Source: Bacillota bacterium (GTDB taxonomy: Bacteria > Bacillota > Clostridia > Christensenellales > UMGS416). Taken from it: a stretch of 64,000 nucleotides of DNA. Below the pieces are notes generated by a model. It did not search any database and had not been told where the DNA came from. It saw only the letters and a program-made list of their open reading frames with translations. Positions 35,518 through 44,658 of this stretch are shown piece after piece (position 1 is the first letter of the stretch; every line of letters starts with the position of its first letter). Made by a program: the position numbers and the translations under genes. The DNA lies in assembly GCA_023398815.1 (NCBI GenBank), contig JAEWRW010000020.1, forward strand, positions 130,474 to 194,473, given 5' to 3'.

Positions 35518-35624
35518 CCTGCCCTGATCCGATGGGGGTGAAACCTTGGCTAGGGAGGGATGGTGTCTGTATTGCTAATCGTCAGCGACAAAGCTCCCAG
35601 AAGTGACTTGACATGAGCAAGCCG

Positions 35625-36974
35625 TCAGTTGTCTGCGTGCCGTGGAAAGAACTGGATGCATTCATTGGCGGCGGAATTGAGTTGCTCCGCCACCGCGTCA
35701 ATGTCCGCGGCACCGGCACAGGCGGCGGCCAGCACGTCACCAATCGTTGCGTTTGAGGTGTCGCCCACTGCGATGCTCGTGGGGTAGGCCCACCGTGCCT
35801 GTGTGTAGCCCGGCAGCACTTTAGTGCCTTCCACGTAGCTACCTTTCTCCATGCTGTCGTACACCTCCCGGATGCCGGGGATGGGCATTTGCTCAAAATA
35901 GGCGTTGATCATGCGCCGGTCGTCCACCATCGGCAGGGTCGTGACGACTGCATTGACCTCTTTTGCCAGCGTCATACGCTCGGCGAACCCCTCGCTGGAG
36001 TATGCCGACATGAACTTCGCAAACGCATAGGCCTCGGCTGGGTGGGCGCTCTGTTTTGAGACGAACAGAAAGTCGGGCACGATGCAGGCTCTGCCGCCGG
36101 GGAGGCCAAGAAACCCGGTTTGGAAGTCAAGCTTGGCATAGTCATTGACCGCCCAGGTACCATCGAACTTCAAAGCTGCCTCTCCGGCGGTCCATGCCTC
36201 ATAATTGTTGGCGTATGGCATTTGCAGCTTCTGGTCGGCAGAGAGCGCAGAGAAGGCCTGCCCGCTTTCGGTGATGGATCGCGCAAGCTTCACGCCGTCG
36301 ATGAATTCCTTGGAGTTCAAGTTCAGTTTGCCGCCGTCCCATGTGTACCAGCCGAAGCGCTCATTGGCTGCCGCTGGGTACCAGTTGATGATATCCCCGG
36401 CGTCCGCCAGCCCGATGCTGTGGTGAGCCACATCGGTCATGGCGGCCACGGCGGCTGCGAAGGCATCCACCGAAAAGCCCACCGCCGGCGCGGAGACTCC
36501 CTGGGCATCAAATAGGGTTTGATTGTAAAAATATCCGTAGAAATAAATGGCGTAGGGGATTGCCACGGTGGTGCCGCCCACGGTTGCCGCTTCGCGGATG
36601 GGCTCGGGGATGTTGTCCCACTCTCTGTCCGTTTGCGCCAGGTCCGTCAGGTCGGCGCACCAACCATTTTCATTGGCCTGCGGGATGTTTGCGTACATGT
36701 AGACATCCGGCAGCGTACCGTTCGCCCCATCGGCCTCCATGGCGCTGTTGTAGTCTGCGGGATAGCGCTCGTCAATCTCCACGCGGATGTTCTTGTGCTT
36801 GCGCATAAAGGCCTCGACCATGCGGCGCTCCAGGCCCTTTGCCTCGGGGGTGCCAAGGTTCCACGCGGCGTAGCGTATGGTGACGGGCTCCACACTCGTG
36901 GTGCAGCCGCCGCAAAAGCCAAGCGAAGCCAAAAGGCAGCAGACCAGCAGGCAGGACACCGGTTTCCAGTTCAT
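35625..36974 (-). CDS. Extracellular solute-binding protein (ABC family-1, sugar type), probable lipoprotein
   Basis: The signal peptide has a Cys cluster (LLASLGFCGGCTTS). The fold looks SBP_bac_1-like. Alternative in-frame starts are at 36983 and 36995. Confidence 0.85.
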   Translation of the reverse strand: MNWKPVSCLLVCCLLASLGFCGGCTTSVEPVTIRYAAWNLGTPEAKGLERRMVEAFMRKHKNIRVEIDERYPADYNSAMEADGANGTLPDVYMYANIPQANENGWCADLTDLAQTDREWDNIPEPIREAATVGGTTVAIPYAIYFYGYFYNQTLFDAQGVSAPAVGFSVDAFAAAVAAMTDVAHHSIGLADAGDIINWYPAAANERFGWYTWDGGKLNLNSKEFIDGVKLARSITESGQAFSALSADQKLQMPYANNYEAWTAGEAALKFDGTWAVNDYAKLDFQTGFLGLPGGRACIVPDFLFVSKQSAHPAEAYAFAKFMSAYSSEGFAERMTLAKEVNAVVTTLPMVDDRRMINAYFEQMPIPGIREVYDSMEKGSYVEGTKVLPGYTQARWAYPTSIAVGDTSNATIGDVLAAACAGAADIDAVAEQLNSAANECIQFFPRHADN

Positions 36975-37001
36975 ACGATACACTTCGCTCCTCAATACGC
37001 C

Positions 37002-38609
37002 CTAATCCGGGTAGACCCGGATGATGTTGAGCACTTCATCAATGCTGCCCAGCAGTGCGTCCACAACCGGGGGGGAGAACTGCGTGCCACGCGATTGCCT
37101 CATATACTCCATGACATCGTTCAAGGGCCACTTTTGTTTGTAGCAGCGTTTGGAGATCAGCGCGTCAAACACGTCGGCCACCGCTACAATCTGGCATTCT
37201 TTTGGGATTTCGTCCTCTTTCTTGCCCGTCGGGTACCCCATGCCGTCATAGCGCTCGTGGTGATAGAGCGCGATGGTCGCAGCCATGTTCAGCAGCTTCA
37301 GCCGCGAGTCTTTCAAGATGCTGTAGCCGATCGTCGTGTGCTTCTTGATGGTCTCAAATTCCTCCTGGGTCAGCTTGGCGGGTTTGAGCAGAATTTCATC
37401 GGAAATGCCGATCTTGCCCACGTCGTGCATCACGCTGGCCATCATGATGGTGTTGCACATCTCTTCTTCGTAATGGAGTTTGGAGGCCACGACCCTGGCA
37501 ATGTTGGATACCCTGCGCAGATGGTTGGCCGTGGCGTCGCTCCGGTTCTCCACAATCTCGCTGATGCGGAAGATGATCTCATTCTGGGTTTCATTGGTGT
37601 TCATGTTGAGCATGAAGTTATCAATGGCCAGTGAGAAATTGTCCAGGAACAGTTGGATGAGTTCAATGTTCTCCGGGTTGAGTTCGGTCTCCAGCACCAC
37701 ATAGTTGCGGATGTGCTTGTCGGCACTCCGTTTAAAGATCAACAGGGTGTCGCCCTGGCGGAAAATTGCCTCGGAATCCGGGCCTTTGCTGACGGTCTCG
37801 ATCAGGTCCAGCAGCTCCGGCGAGCAGATTTCCGGGCCCAGGGGCTTTTGGATCGCCCCTTCGTATTTGCCCGTGGCCGCAAGCACCTTTACCGTGTCCG
37901 CCATCTGTATGGCGGCAAAGCTGTCAATGGTGCTCCGCAGGCCGCCGGGGCCGTCCAGCGCTTCGTCCAGATCATAGAGAGCGATGATCTGCTGGAGCAT
38001 GCCTTTCATAAAGTCACTGAAGGAGCGGAACTTAAAGAGTTCCTGTGACGCGTTGATGACGCGGAACAGATTGTCTTTGCTGTGGCTGAGCTCCTTGATG
38101 TTACGGTGCGCCCGCAGGCATAGGTGCATCGTGCTGTAGAGCTTTTGCACCGTGAGCTCGGTCTTGGACTTGTAGTCATCCACCTCGTACTCCACGACGA
38201 TCTTCTCTTCCGGTGCCTTCCCGGGTTGGCCGGTGCGCACGACCACGCGGGTCAGGTTGTTCTTGAGGGTCTCTCGCAGGTAGCGGATAACCTGGAGGCC
38301 GGAGTCATCCTCCTCCATGACAATATCGAGCAGCACAATCGCGACATTCCTGTTTTCATTGAGGAATTCGATCGTTTCCCGCCCGGAGTAGGTATCAAAG
38401 AACTGGAGCTTCACGCCCTCCATCTCAAACCCTTTGAGTACGAGCTTGGTCATCTTGTGGACTTCTTCCTCGTCGTCGGCGATGACAATCTGATAGCATT
38501 CGGTGCATTTGCGATGGGCAAGAAGGCTCGCGGCAGAGCCTTCGTCCAGAAAGCGCAGATCCAGGGCTTCTTTGTTGAGCGGTATATTCTCATGGTCAGG
38601 CATGTTCAA
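37002..38609 (-). CDS. Response regulator with an HD-GYP c-di-GMP phosphodiesterase output (RpfG-like)
   Basis: REC motifs are VIADDEEEV and LLDIVMEEDDSG. The HD motif is VMHDVGKIG and the GYP motif is HHERYDGMGYPTGK. Confidence 0.9.
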   Translation of the reverse strand: MNMPDHENIPLNKEALDLRFLDEGSAASLLAHRKCTECYQIVIADDEEEVHKMTKLVLKGFEMEGVKLQFFDTYSGRETIEFLNENRNVAIVLLDIVMEEDDSGLQVIRYLRETLKNNLTRVVVRTGQPGKAPEEKIVVEYEVDDYKSKTELTVQKLYSTMHLCLRAHRNIKELSHSKDNLFRVINASQELFKFRSFSDFMKGMLQQIIALYDLDEALDGPGGLRSTIDSFAAIQMADTVKVLAATGKYEGAIQKPLGPEICSPELLDLIETVSKGPDSEAIFRQGDTLLIFKRSADKHIRNYVVLETELNPENIELIQLFLDNFSLAIDNFMLNMNTNETQNEIIFRISEIVENRSDATANHLRRVSNIARVVASKLHYEEEMCNTIMMASVMHDVGKIGISDEILLKPAKLTQEEFETIKKHTTIGYSILKDSRLKLLNMAATIALYHHERYDGMGYPTGKKEDEIPKECQIVAVADVFDALISKRCYKQKWPLNDVMEYMRQSRGTQFSPPVVDALLGSIDEVLNIIRVYPD

Positions 38610-40504
38610 TCTCCCTTCGGAATACGGATGGTGAATACGGTGCCAAGCCCCAACTGGCTCTCGACAGCAATCGTGCCGTTCAGTTTTTTGGTGACAAGGT
38701 TGTGGACGATGTTCAGGCCGAGGCCGCTGCCGCCCAAGTTCTTACGGGTGGTGAAAAAGGGCGCAAAGATTTTCTCCAGGTTTTCCGGGCTGATGCCGCA
38801 GCCGTTGTCGCCATACCGCAGCACGAATGTGTCGTCCTGCATCAATGCCTCAATGTCGATCTGTCCGTTTTCCTTGCCATGGAACCCGTGAATGATGGAA
38901 TTCATGATGAGGTTTGTAAAGATTTGCGCAAACGCACCGGGATAGCTCTTGATCTCCAGGTTCTCATCGCAGGTGATGTGGAAGGTATGGTTGCTTTTCT
39001 TGTATTCGTGGGTCAGGCTGATGACGACATTGTTGATGTGCTGGAGCACATTGAACTCCTCCTGCGCCTCATAGGTCAAGTCCACCGCGATCTGTTTGAA
39101 GCTCTGTATGATCGTGGAGCCTCGGTTCAGGTTGTAATCCAGAAGGTCGAGGCTTTCGTCCATGGTTTCCATGTAGTTGACCAGGGCATCCTTGGTGAAC
39201 CTTCCTTCGTTGAGTGCCCGCCGGGAGTCGGTGTTTACCTTCTTCATATAGCTGGAGGTCGTGACGCCGATGCCCAGCGGTGTGTTGATCTCATGGGCGA
39301 CACCGGCCACGAGGTTGCCCAGCGATACCATCTTTTCATTCTCGTCGATGCGCTGCTGGTGCTGGCGCAGGGCGTAGGTCATCTTGTTGATGTCTGCGGC
39401 CAGTGCGCCAATCTCGTTTTGTTCCGTTTCGTCCAGCTTCACCTCCAGCTGACCGGCGGCAATGCTGGCCATACCCCTCTGTATCAGCAGGACCGGCCGC
39501 AGGATGTTCCGGTTGATGAGATGGAGCGTGATGACGATGCAGCACAGGATCAACAGCGCAAACATACCGACCAGCGCGACGATGGAGAGGTTGTCCGTCT
39601 GCTTCTGGAACACGATGACCGACCACGGGTCAGACTTCCCCGGGAGCGCGATGGGCTGATAGGCGCACACGACGATGTCGTTGCGGCTGTCCCGAAACTT
39701 GAAGGAGGCCGTCTTGCTGCCCAACGCACCGGAGATGATGCGCTTCATCGTGTCGGAGACTTCGATTTTCTCCACCTGGGTCATGATGTTGCCGGCGGAG
39801 TCCAGCCGGTAATTGCCGTTTTCATCCAGCATCACCGTGCGTTTGGTGTAGTCAATGTAGTTGATGTACTCGCCCGACTGATAGTCCGTGCCCGCCAGCA
39901 CGCTCCCCCTGCTGTCGAGTATCAGGAAGGAGATGTCGCTGTTGAGGTAGGGGGTAGCGGCCTGCTGTATCGTATTGAGCGTGAAATCCGCGCCGAATAT
40001 GCCCGTGCAATCGCTGCCGCTGTACATGGGCAGGAAGATGGAGGAGACAAGCTCGTTGTTGTTCACGGATACATAGGCTTCGCTTACAAAGGGCGATGGA
40101 TCCTGCACCATCCGCTTAAACCACCAGCGGTCTGAGCGGTTCACAAGCTCACCGGAGGTGCGAATCGTCTGCATCCCGTCCATCCCCTGCCCGTAGATGA
40201 GCTTGTAGTAGGGCATCTGGGTGATGGCGTTCTGGAGGATTGCCTGCCCCTCGGGTGTGCCGCCCACGACTTCGCTGTTCTGCGCCAACAGCGAGGAACT
40301 GTCAAACACGCCCTGCATAAACTCCTGCAGGTTCGTTGCGATGGAGTGCGCAAGGGCCTCCGTTGTATATTCGGTCTTGGTCTGCAGTTTGTCATAGATC
40401 AAAAGGACGTTGGCAACCTGAAGAATGGCAAAGGGAATACTAACCATTGTAATAATGGCTATCACGAGCCTGACGCGCACAGAGTTGAGGAACTTGATTT
40501 TCAT
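38606..40504 (-). CDS. Sensor histidine kinase with an extracellular Cache-like domain and HAMP
   Basis: TM1, an extracytoplasmic domain of about 270 aa, TM2 and HAMP. The H-box is VAHEINTPLGI. The HATPase blocks are DNGCGISPE and GSGLGLNIV. There is an ATGA overlap with the regulator gene. Confidence 0.85.
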   Translation of the reverse strand: MKIKFLNSVRVRLVIAIITMVSIPFAILQVANVLLIYDKLQTKTEYTTEALAHSIATNLQEFMQGVFDSSSLLAQNSEVVGGTPEGQAILQNAITQMPYYKLIYGQGMDGMQTIRTSGELVNRSDRWWFKRMVQDPSPFVSEAYVSVNNNELVSSIFLPMYSGSDCTGIFGADFTLNTIQQAATPYLNSDISFLILDSRGSVLAGTDYQSGEYINYIDYTKRTVMLDENGNYRLDSAGNIMTQVEKIEVSDTMKRIISGALGSKTASFKFRDSRNDIVVCAYQPIALPGKSDPWSVIVFQKQTDNLSIVALVGMFALLILCCIVITLHLINRNILRPVLLIQRGMASIAAGQLEVKLDETEQNEIGALAADINKMTYALRQHQQRIDENEKMVSLGNLVAGVAHEINTPLGIGVTTSSYMKKVNTDSRRALNEGRFTKDALVNYMETMDESLDLLDYNLNRGSTIIQSFKQIAVDLTYEAQEEFNVLQHINNVVISLTHEYKKSNHTFHITCDENLEIKSYPGAFAQIFTNLIMNSIIHGFHGKENGQIDIEALMQDDTFVLRYGDNGCGISPENLEKIFAPFFTTRKNLGGSGLGLNIVHNLVTKKLNGTIAVESQLGLGTVFTIRIPKGD

Positions 40505-40786
40505 AAAACCTCATGCGTCCGAGTCGGCGTTTGGGAGCGCACCGCACTCCTAACTATGGTATTTTTCTCGAGTTGGTTGACACTGCATTACATACATGGC
40601 ATAACAATACATTATAGGGGATTATAGCATCCTATTTCACAAATAACTACAGTTTCTGCAGCGATACGCCAAGCTAGCCCATAAAAGTGTGCAAACTTAC
40701 GCAACCCTTCAGGTTACAGGTTTTCAATTCGTTCTAGAGACCGCCGAACCATGTCGTGGGCTGTAATGGGGCAGTCGGAAGAAATG

Positions 40787-40817
40787 GCGAGGGAGCGATT
40801 CGCAATCGCTCCCTCGC
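40787..40817 (-). terminator. Rho-independent terminator of the LRR surface protein gene
   Basis: A perfect 14-bp stem: GCGAGGGAGCGATT, loop CGC, AATCGCTCCCTCGC. On the minus strand it is followed by CATTTCTTCC. Confidence 0.65.
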
Positions 40818-40842
40818 ATTGGCTTCCTGTGCTTTCAGTCGG

Positions 40843-41871
40843 TTAAGGTTTTGCGTTCACGATGGTGGAGTACGCCCCATAGACTTTGGTTACGCCCTCG
40901 GTGTGGTAGGCTCGCACCTTGTAGTAATAGGTTTTGTTGTCCTGCAGGCCCTTATTGGTGTAGCTGAGGCTTGTGGTCTCCGCCACCTTGGCGTAGGTGC
41001 CGTTGAGGCTGGTGGCGCGGTAGACCTGATATTTCGTCGTCCCGCTCACCTTGCTCCAACTAACCTTGAGAGAGCTGTTGGAGACACGGGTGGTAGTCAC
41101 CCCGGTGGGGGCGGCCGGAATCGGTTTGGCACTCACAATGGAGGAGTAGGAGCCATTGGCGGTGGTGCCGCTCGCCGTGCGGATGGCACGCACCTTGTAG
41201 TAATACGTTTTACCGGTTGTCAGGCTCTTGTTGGTGATGCTGGTGGAGGTCGTTTCCGCCACCTTGGTGTAGGTGCCACTTTTGCTGGTGGCACGGTAGA
41301 GTCGGTAGCCAGTCGCCCCGGCCACCTTGCTCCAAGTAAGCTTTACGCTGGTGTAGCCGGTGGAGACGGCGGTGGCCTGGGGCGTGCCCAGCGACGGGGT
41401 GACCGAGACAACGGAGGAGTAGATTCCGTAGGTGGTCGCCGTGCTGGACACGCATTTGGCCCGCACCTTATAGGTATACGCCTTCCCAGTGGTCAGGCCG
41501 GAGTTGGTGTAGGAGGCGCTGGTCACCGTTGCCAGCTTGGTGTAGGTGCCGCCGGAGGCGGCGCGGTAGACCTCATAGCCCGCAGCGCCGGTCACGGCTT
41601 TCCAGGTCAGGGTGGCCGTGTTGTAGGTGCTTTTTATTGTTACAACCGGTGCGCCGATGGCGGCGAACTCGGCCTTCAGCGTGCGTGCCTTAGTGACCTG
41701 GAAGGAGTAACTTGCATTGGTGGAGACGGCGGTGCTGCCCTCCAGCCAGCGGACGAAGCGGTATCCACTCTTGGGCGTGGCGGTCACAGTGGCAGTGGCG
41801 TTTTGGGTGTAGGTGCCCGCGCCGGTCACCGTGCCCCAGGCACTGTTGCTGGCGCTGACGGCCACGGTGTA
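40843..41871 (-). repeat. C-terminal B-repeat plus FN3 cassette, copy 1 (paralogous to 57844-58893)
   Basis: The last 342 aa are colinear with the last 348 aa of the 54277-58893 product. Shared blocks include RFVRWLEGSTAVST, KARTLKAEFA, SVKLTW, YYYKVRA and SYTNKGL.DNK.YYYKVRAY. Confidence 0.65.
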
Positions 41872-43635
41872 CGTGCCCACGCCAAACTGGGCGGTCAAAA
41901 TCACAGAATCAATGGGGTCAATCGTGACTTTGGCGGCGGTTGCATACACCTCCGTCCCCTGCAGCCACTTGACGAAACGGCTGCCCGACTTGGGGATCGC
42001 ATTGATGTACAGAGGAAGCATCTTCTCCTCATCGTAATCCATGCCGCGCACCAATTCCACATACCCATTGCCCTCCGCTGTCAGGTGGATGGCGTTCCCA
42101 TCGACCTTGGTGCGGATGGACGTCAGCTTGTTGGCGGAGCAGTACAATGCCATCAGATTGCTTGCTTTCGTATCCAACGTCTGCAGTTGATTGCTGGAGC
42201 AATCCAGCCCCTGCAGTTTTGTCTGAGCGGAGAGATCCAGCGAGGTCAGCGCGTTGCTGCTGCAAGCCAACCCCGCCAACGGGATGCTTCCAAGCAGCAG
42301 CGTCGTCAGCTTGTTGTTCTGGCAGGACAAGGAGCTCAGCTTGCTGTTGGCGCGCAGATCCAGGGTTTGGAGAAGGTTATCGTTGCAAACCACACTCCTG
42401 AGCTGGGTATTGGCGGTGAGCGTGAGGGCAGAAAGTGCATTCTTGGAGCAATCCAGCCTCTCCAGCAGGGTGCACCCGTTCACGGTCAGCTCGGTCAGCG
42501 ACGCGCTGCTGCAGTTCAGTTCCTTCAATGCCGTGTTTGTGTTTAGGTTCAGGCTGGTCAAGCCCGTGTTGGCGCAGAACAGAGTGCCCAATTGGGTGTT
42601 CTGGCTCACGTTCAGAGTTTTTAGTTTGTTGCTGCTGCAAGACAGGGTCGCCAGCGCGGTGTTCTGGCTCACATCCAGCGTCTGCAGCTCGTTGTCATCG
42701 CAATGCAAGGATTTCAAGTTGGCGAGGGGCCGAACGTTCAGCGCCGAAAGCTTACTCATGTTGCACCACAGTTCGGTCAGCGCGGTGTTGTCCGTCAGCA
42801 CCAGGGACGTCAGCGAGGTTTTGGTGCATTGCAACAGATCAAGGCTGGTGCAGCCGGTCACCGTCAACGTTGCCAGTGGATTCTCGGAACAGTTCAAGTC
42901 CTCCAGCGACGAATAACCCGTCAGATTCAGACTGGCCAACTGATTGGCGGAGCAGTTGAGCCCCTCAAGGGCGGTATTCTTGCTCACATTCAAAGAGGTG
43001 AGTTTGTTATCATTGCAATCCAGCTGCTGCAGGAAGGTACCAGCCGGTGACAGATCCAGACTGGTCAGGGCATTGCCGTTGCAGCGCACGGTACGCAGCG
43101 CCGTACAACCCGTCAAATTCAGGCTGGCGAGCTTTTTGTTGCTGCCGCAGTACAGTTGCGTCAGCGAACTTAAGCCCGTCAGATCCAATGAGGTGATTTG
43201 CGTCTTTCCAAACTGGAGGTAGGCCAGGTTTGAACAACCTGAAAAGTCCAGCCCCGTGATCCCCTCCGCGTACAACAACACACGGCCAAGATCCGAAAAG
43301 CTAGACACATACAGCGAACCCTTCAGATCGCCTGCCTCGAACCATTCAAGGCCAGTAACCGCATTCTCCGCCGGAGTGCCAGAACTTTCCCCCCAGGTCA
43401 CCCCCGTCCAGGATGTAGGGTCGGCCTCATCGTAATTGTCATTGAGTGTCTGCCCGTTGGTTTTTCCCTGTACCGCGGAAGGCAGGTTTAAGAACGTTTT
43501 GAGCTGTATGTACTGGGCATACACATACTTCTGCCCGTTGTACTCATACGCGACAGGGTCGGCCGCCAGCGCAGCCGCGCACAGCAGCGGGAACAGGAGA
43601 AGCTGGGACAGGACGATGACCAATGCTCGTTTCAT
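40843..43635 (-). CDS. Secreted leucine-rich-repeat protein with B-repeat (Listeria-Bacteroides repeat) and FN3 domains
   Basis: The ATG at 43635 follows AGGAG. The signal peptide is MKRALVIVLSQLLLFPLLCAAALA. About 18 Cys-containing 22-aa LRRs are followed by two B-repeats and then tandem FN3-like modules (YEVYRA...YYYKVRA). No LPXTG motif is visible. Confidence 0.85.
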   Translation of the reverse strand: MKRALVIVLSQLLLFPLLCAAALAADPVAYEYNGQKYVYAQYIQLKTFLNLPSAVQGKTNGQTLNDNYDEADPTSWTGVTWGESSGTPAENAVTGLEWFEAGDLKGSLYVSSFSDLGRVLLYAEGITGLDFSGCSNLAYLQFGKTQITSLDLTGLSSLTQLYCGSNKKLASLNLTGCTALRTVRCNGNALTSLDLSPAGTFLQQLDCNDNKLTSLNVSKNTALEGLNCSANQLASLNLTGYSSLEDLNCSENPLATLTVTGCTSLDLLQCTKTSLTSLVLTDNTALTELWCNMSKLSALNVRPLANLKSLHCDDNELQTLDVSQNTALATLSCSSNKLKTLNVSQNTQLGTLFCANTGLTSLNLNTNTALKELNCSSASLTELTVNGCTLLERLDCSKNALSALTLTANTQLRSVVCNDNLLQTLDLRANSKLSSLSCQNNKLTTLLLGSIPLAGLACSSNALTSLDLSAQTKLQGLDCSSNQLQTLDTKASNLMALYCSANKLTSIRTKVDGNAIHLTAEGNGYVELVRGMDYDEEKMLPLYINAIPKSGSRFVKWLQGTEVYATAAKVTIDPIDSVILTAQFGVGTYTVAVSASNSAWGTVTGAGTYTQNATATVTATPKSGYRFVRWLEGSTAVSTNASYSFQVTKARTLKAEFAAIGAPVVTIKSTYNTATLTWKAVTGAAGYEVYRAASGGTYTKLATVTSASYTNSGLTTGKAYTYKVRAKCVSSTATTYGIYSSVVSVTPSLGTPQATAVSTGYTSVKLTWSKVAGATGYRLYRATSKSGTYTKVAETTSTSITNKSLTTGKTYYYKVRAIRTASGTTANGSYSSIVSAKPIPAAPTGVTTTRVSNSSLKVSWSKVSGTTKYQVYRATSLNGTYAKVAETTSLSYTNKGLQDNKTYYYKVRAYHTEGVTKVYGAYSTIVNAKP
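42115..43326 (-). repeat. Tandem 66-nt (22-codon) LRR coding repeats
   Basis: The periodic pattern L..L.C..N.LT.L.L..NT.L is read about 18 times in the translation. Confidence 0.7.
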
Positions 43636-43892
43636 GCTATGCTCCTTCGGTTTGCAGGCTTGACAACGCAACGCCAGCATTGCCTGGCCACACCCAAGTG
43701 CAACAGGCTTTGCCCGGCAACACAGATATAACATGATAAGACTGGATTCCACACAGGAACAGTGCCAAAAGGTTACCACTTGTTTCGTGCCCCCTGCCTG
43801 TATTCGTCGCTGCTCTGTGCGACCCAGTGTTTCCCGGTCACAGGCCGGGCTTTTTACGAGGGATCCGCGTAGGGGCAACGCCGCCGCTTTGG

Positions 43893-43921
43893 TTGTCGAT
43901 GTGCGGGTGGAATGGTATACT
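43893..43921 (+). promoter_or_regulatory. Promoter of the LuxR-type regulator / hybrid kinase pair
   Basis: TTGTCG (43893-43898), a 17-nt spacer, then TATACT (43916-43921). Its position excludes the ATG at 43925 as the start codon. Confidence 0.4.
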
Positions 43922-43960
43922 TATATGGAAGTTGGAATGGAAGCGGAAAGTGCGAGGCGC

Positions 43961-44593
43961 ATGGCGGAAAAGAAGTCTCTTTTGGTTGTGGACGACGACA
44001 TTGCTCTGTTGCGGATGGTGGAACGGCTATTGAGTGAGAGTTATGCCGTCAGTCTCGCGCGCTCGGGCAAGAGCGCCTTGCAGCTCTTTGAAACCGGGTT
44101 TGTGCCCGACGCCATCCTGCTGGACATTGACATGCCCGACATGGACGGGTTCGAGACGCTGTCCGCCCTGCAGGCCCTGCCCTCGCTGGATGACGTTCCG
44201 GTTCTCTTGCTGACGGGCTTCACCGGGCCGGTCGCCGAGCGGGCGGGCCTGCGCTCCGGCGCGTGGGACTACATCACCAAGCCCTTTGACCGGGAGGTCT
44301 TGCTGCTGCGGCTGGAGCGGCAGATCGGCAACGCCGAGGAACGCCGGGCAGCCAAGGCGCTGCGCCGCGCCTCGCGCACCTTGGGGTGGGACGAGGTGAA
44401 GTTTGCCGGCCTGACCGCCACGCTGACCCCGACTGAGCAGAGTGTGGCACGCCGCATCGCCCAGGGGTACTCCAACCACGAGATCTGCGAGGAATTGCAT
44501 TACTCCTATTCCTATGTCAAAAAGGTTGCCTGCATCGTGTTTGAGAAGATGCAGGTGAGCAAACGGGGCGAGCTGCGTAAGCTGTTCCAGTGA
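43961..44593 (+). CDS. NarL/FixJ-type response regulator (REC plus LuxR HTH)
   Basis: The N-terminus MAEKKSLLVVDDD is typical for REC. LLDIDMPDMDG is present. The C-terminal HTH reads LTPTEQSVARRIAQGYSNHEICEEL. The track start at 43733 is an over-extension. Confidence 0.85.
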   Translation: MAEKKSLLVVDDDIALLRMVERLLSESYAVSLARSGKSALQLFETGFVPDAILLDIDMPDMDGFETLSALQALPSLDDVPVLLLTGFTGPVAERAGLRSGAWDYITKPFDREVLLLRLERQIGNAEERRAAKALRRASRTLGWDEVKFAGLTATLTPTEQSVARRIAQGYSNHEICEELHYSYSYVKKVACIVFEKMQVSKRGELRKLFQ

Positions 44594-44658
44594 GCCGAAT
44601 GGAACCCTTCGGTTTCGCACGGCTCTGAGTGGTGCCGCCCCGGGAAACGAGGGAACCC

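Noticed and set aside
38702-40135. 477-aa plus-strand ORF
   Set aside because: It is antisense to the Cache histidine kinase gene, which has H-box and HATPase motifs.
40756-42546. 596-aa plus-strand ORF
   Set aside because: It is antisense to the FN3/LRR surface protein gene. The periodicity of the sense-strand repeats keeps the antisense frame open.
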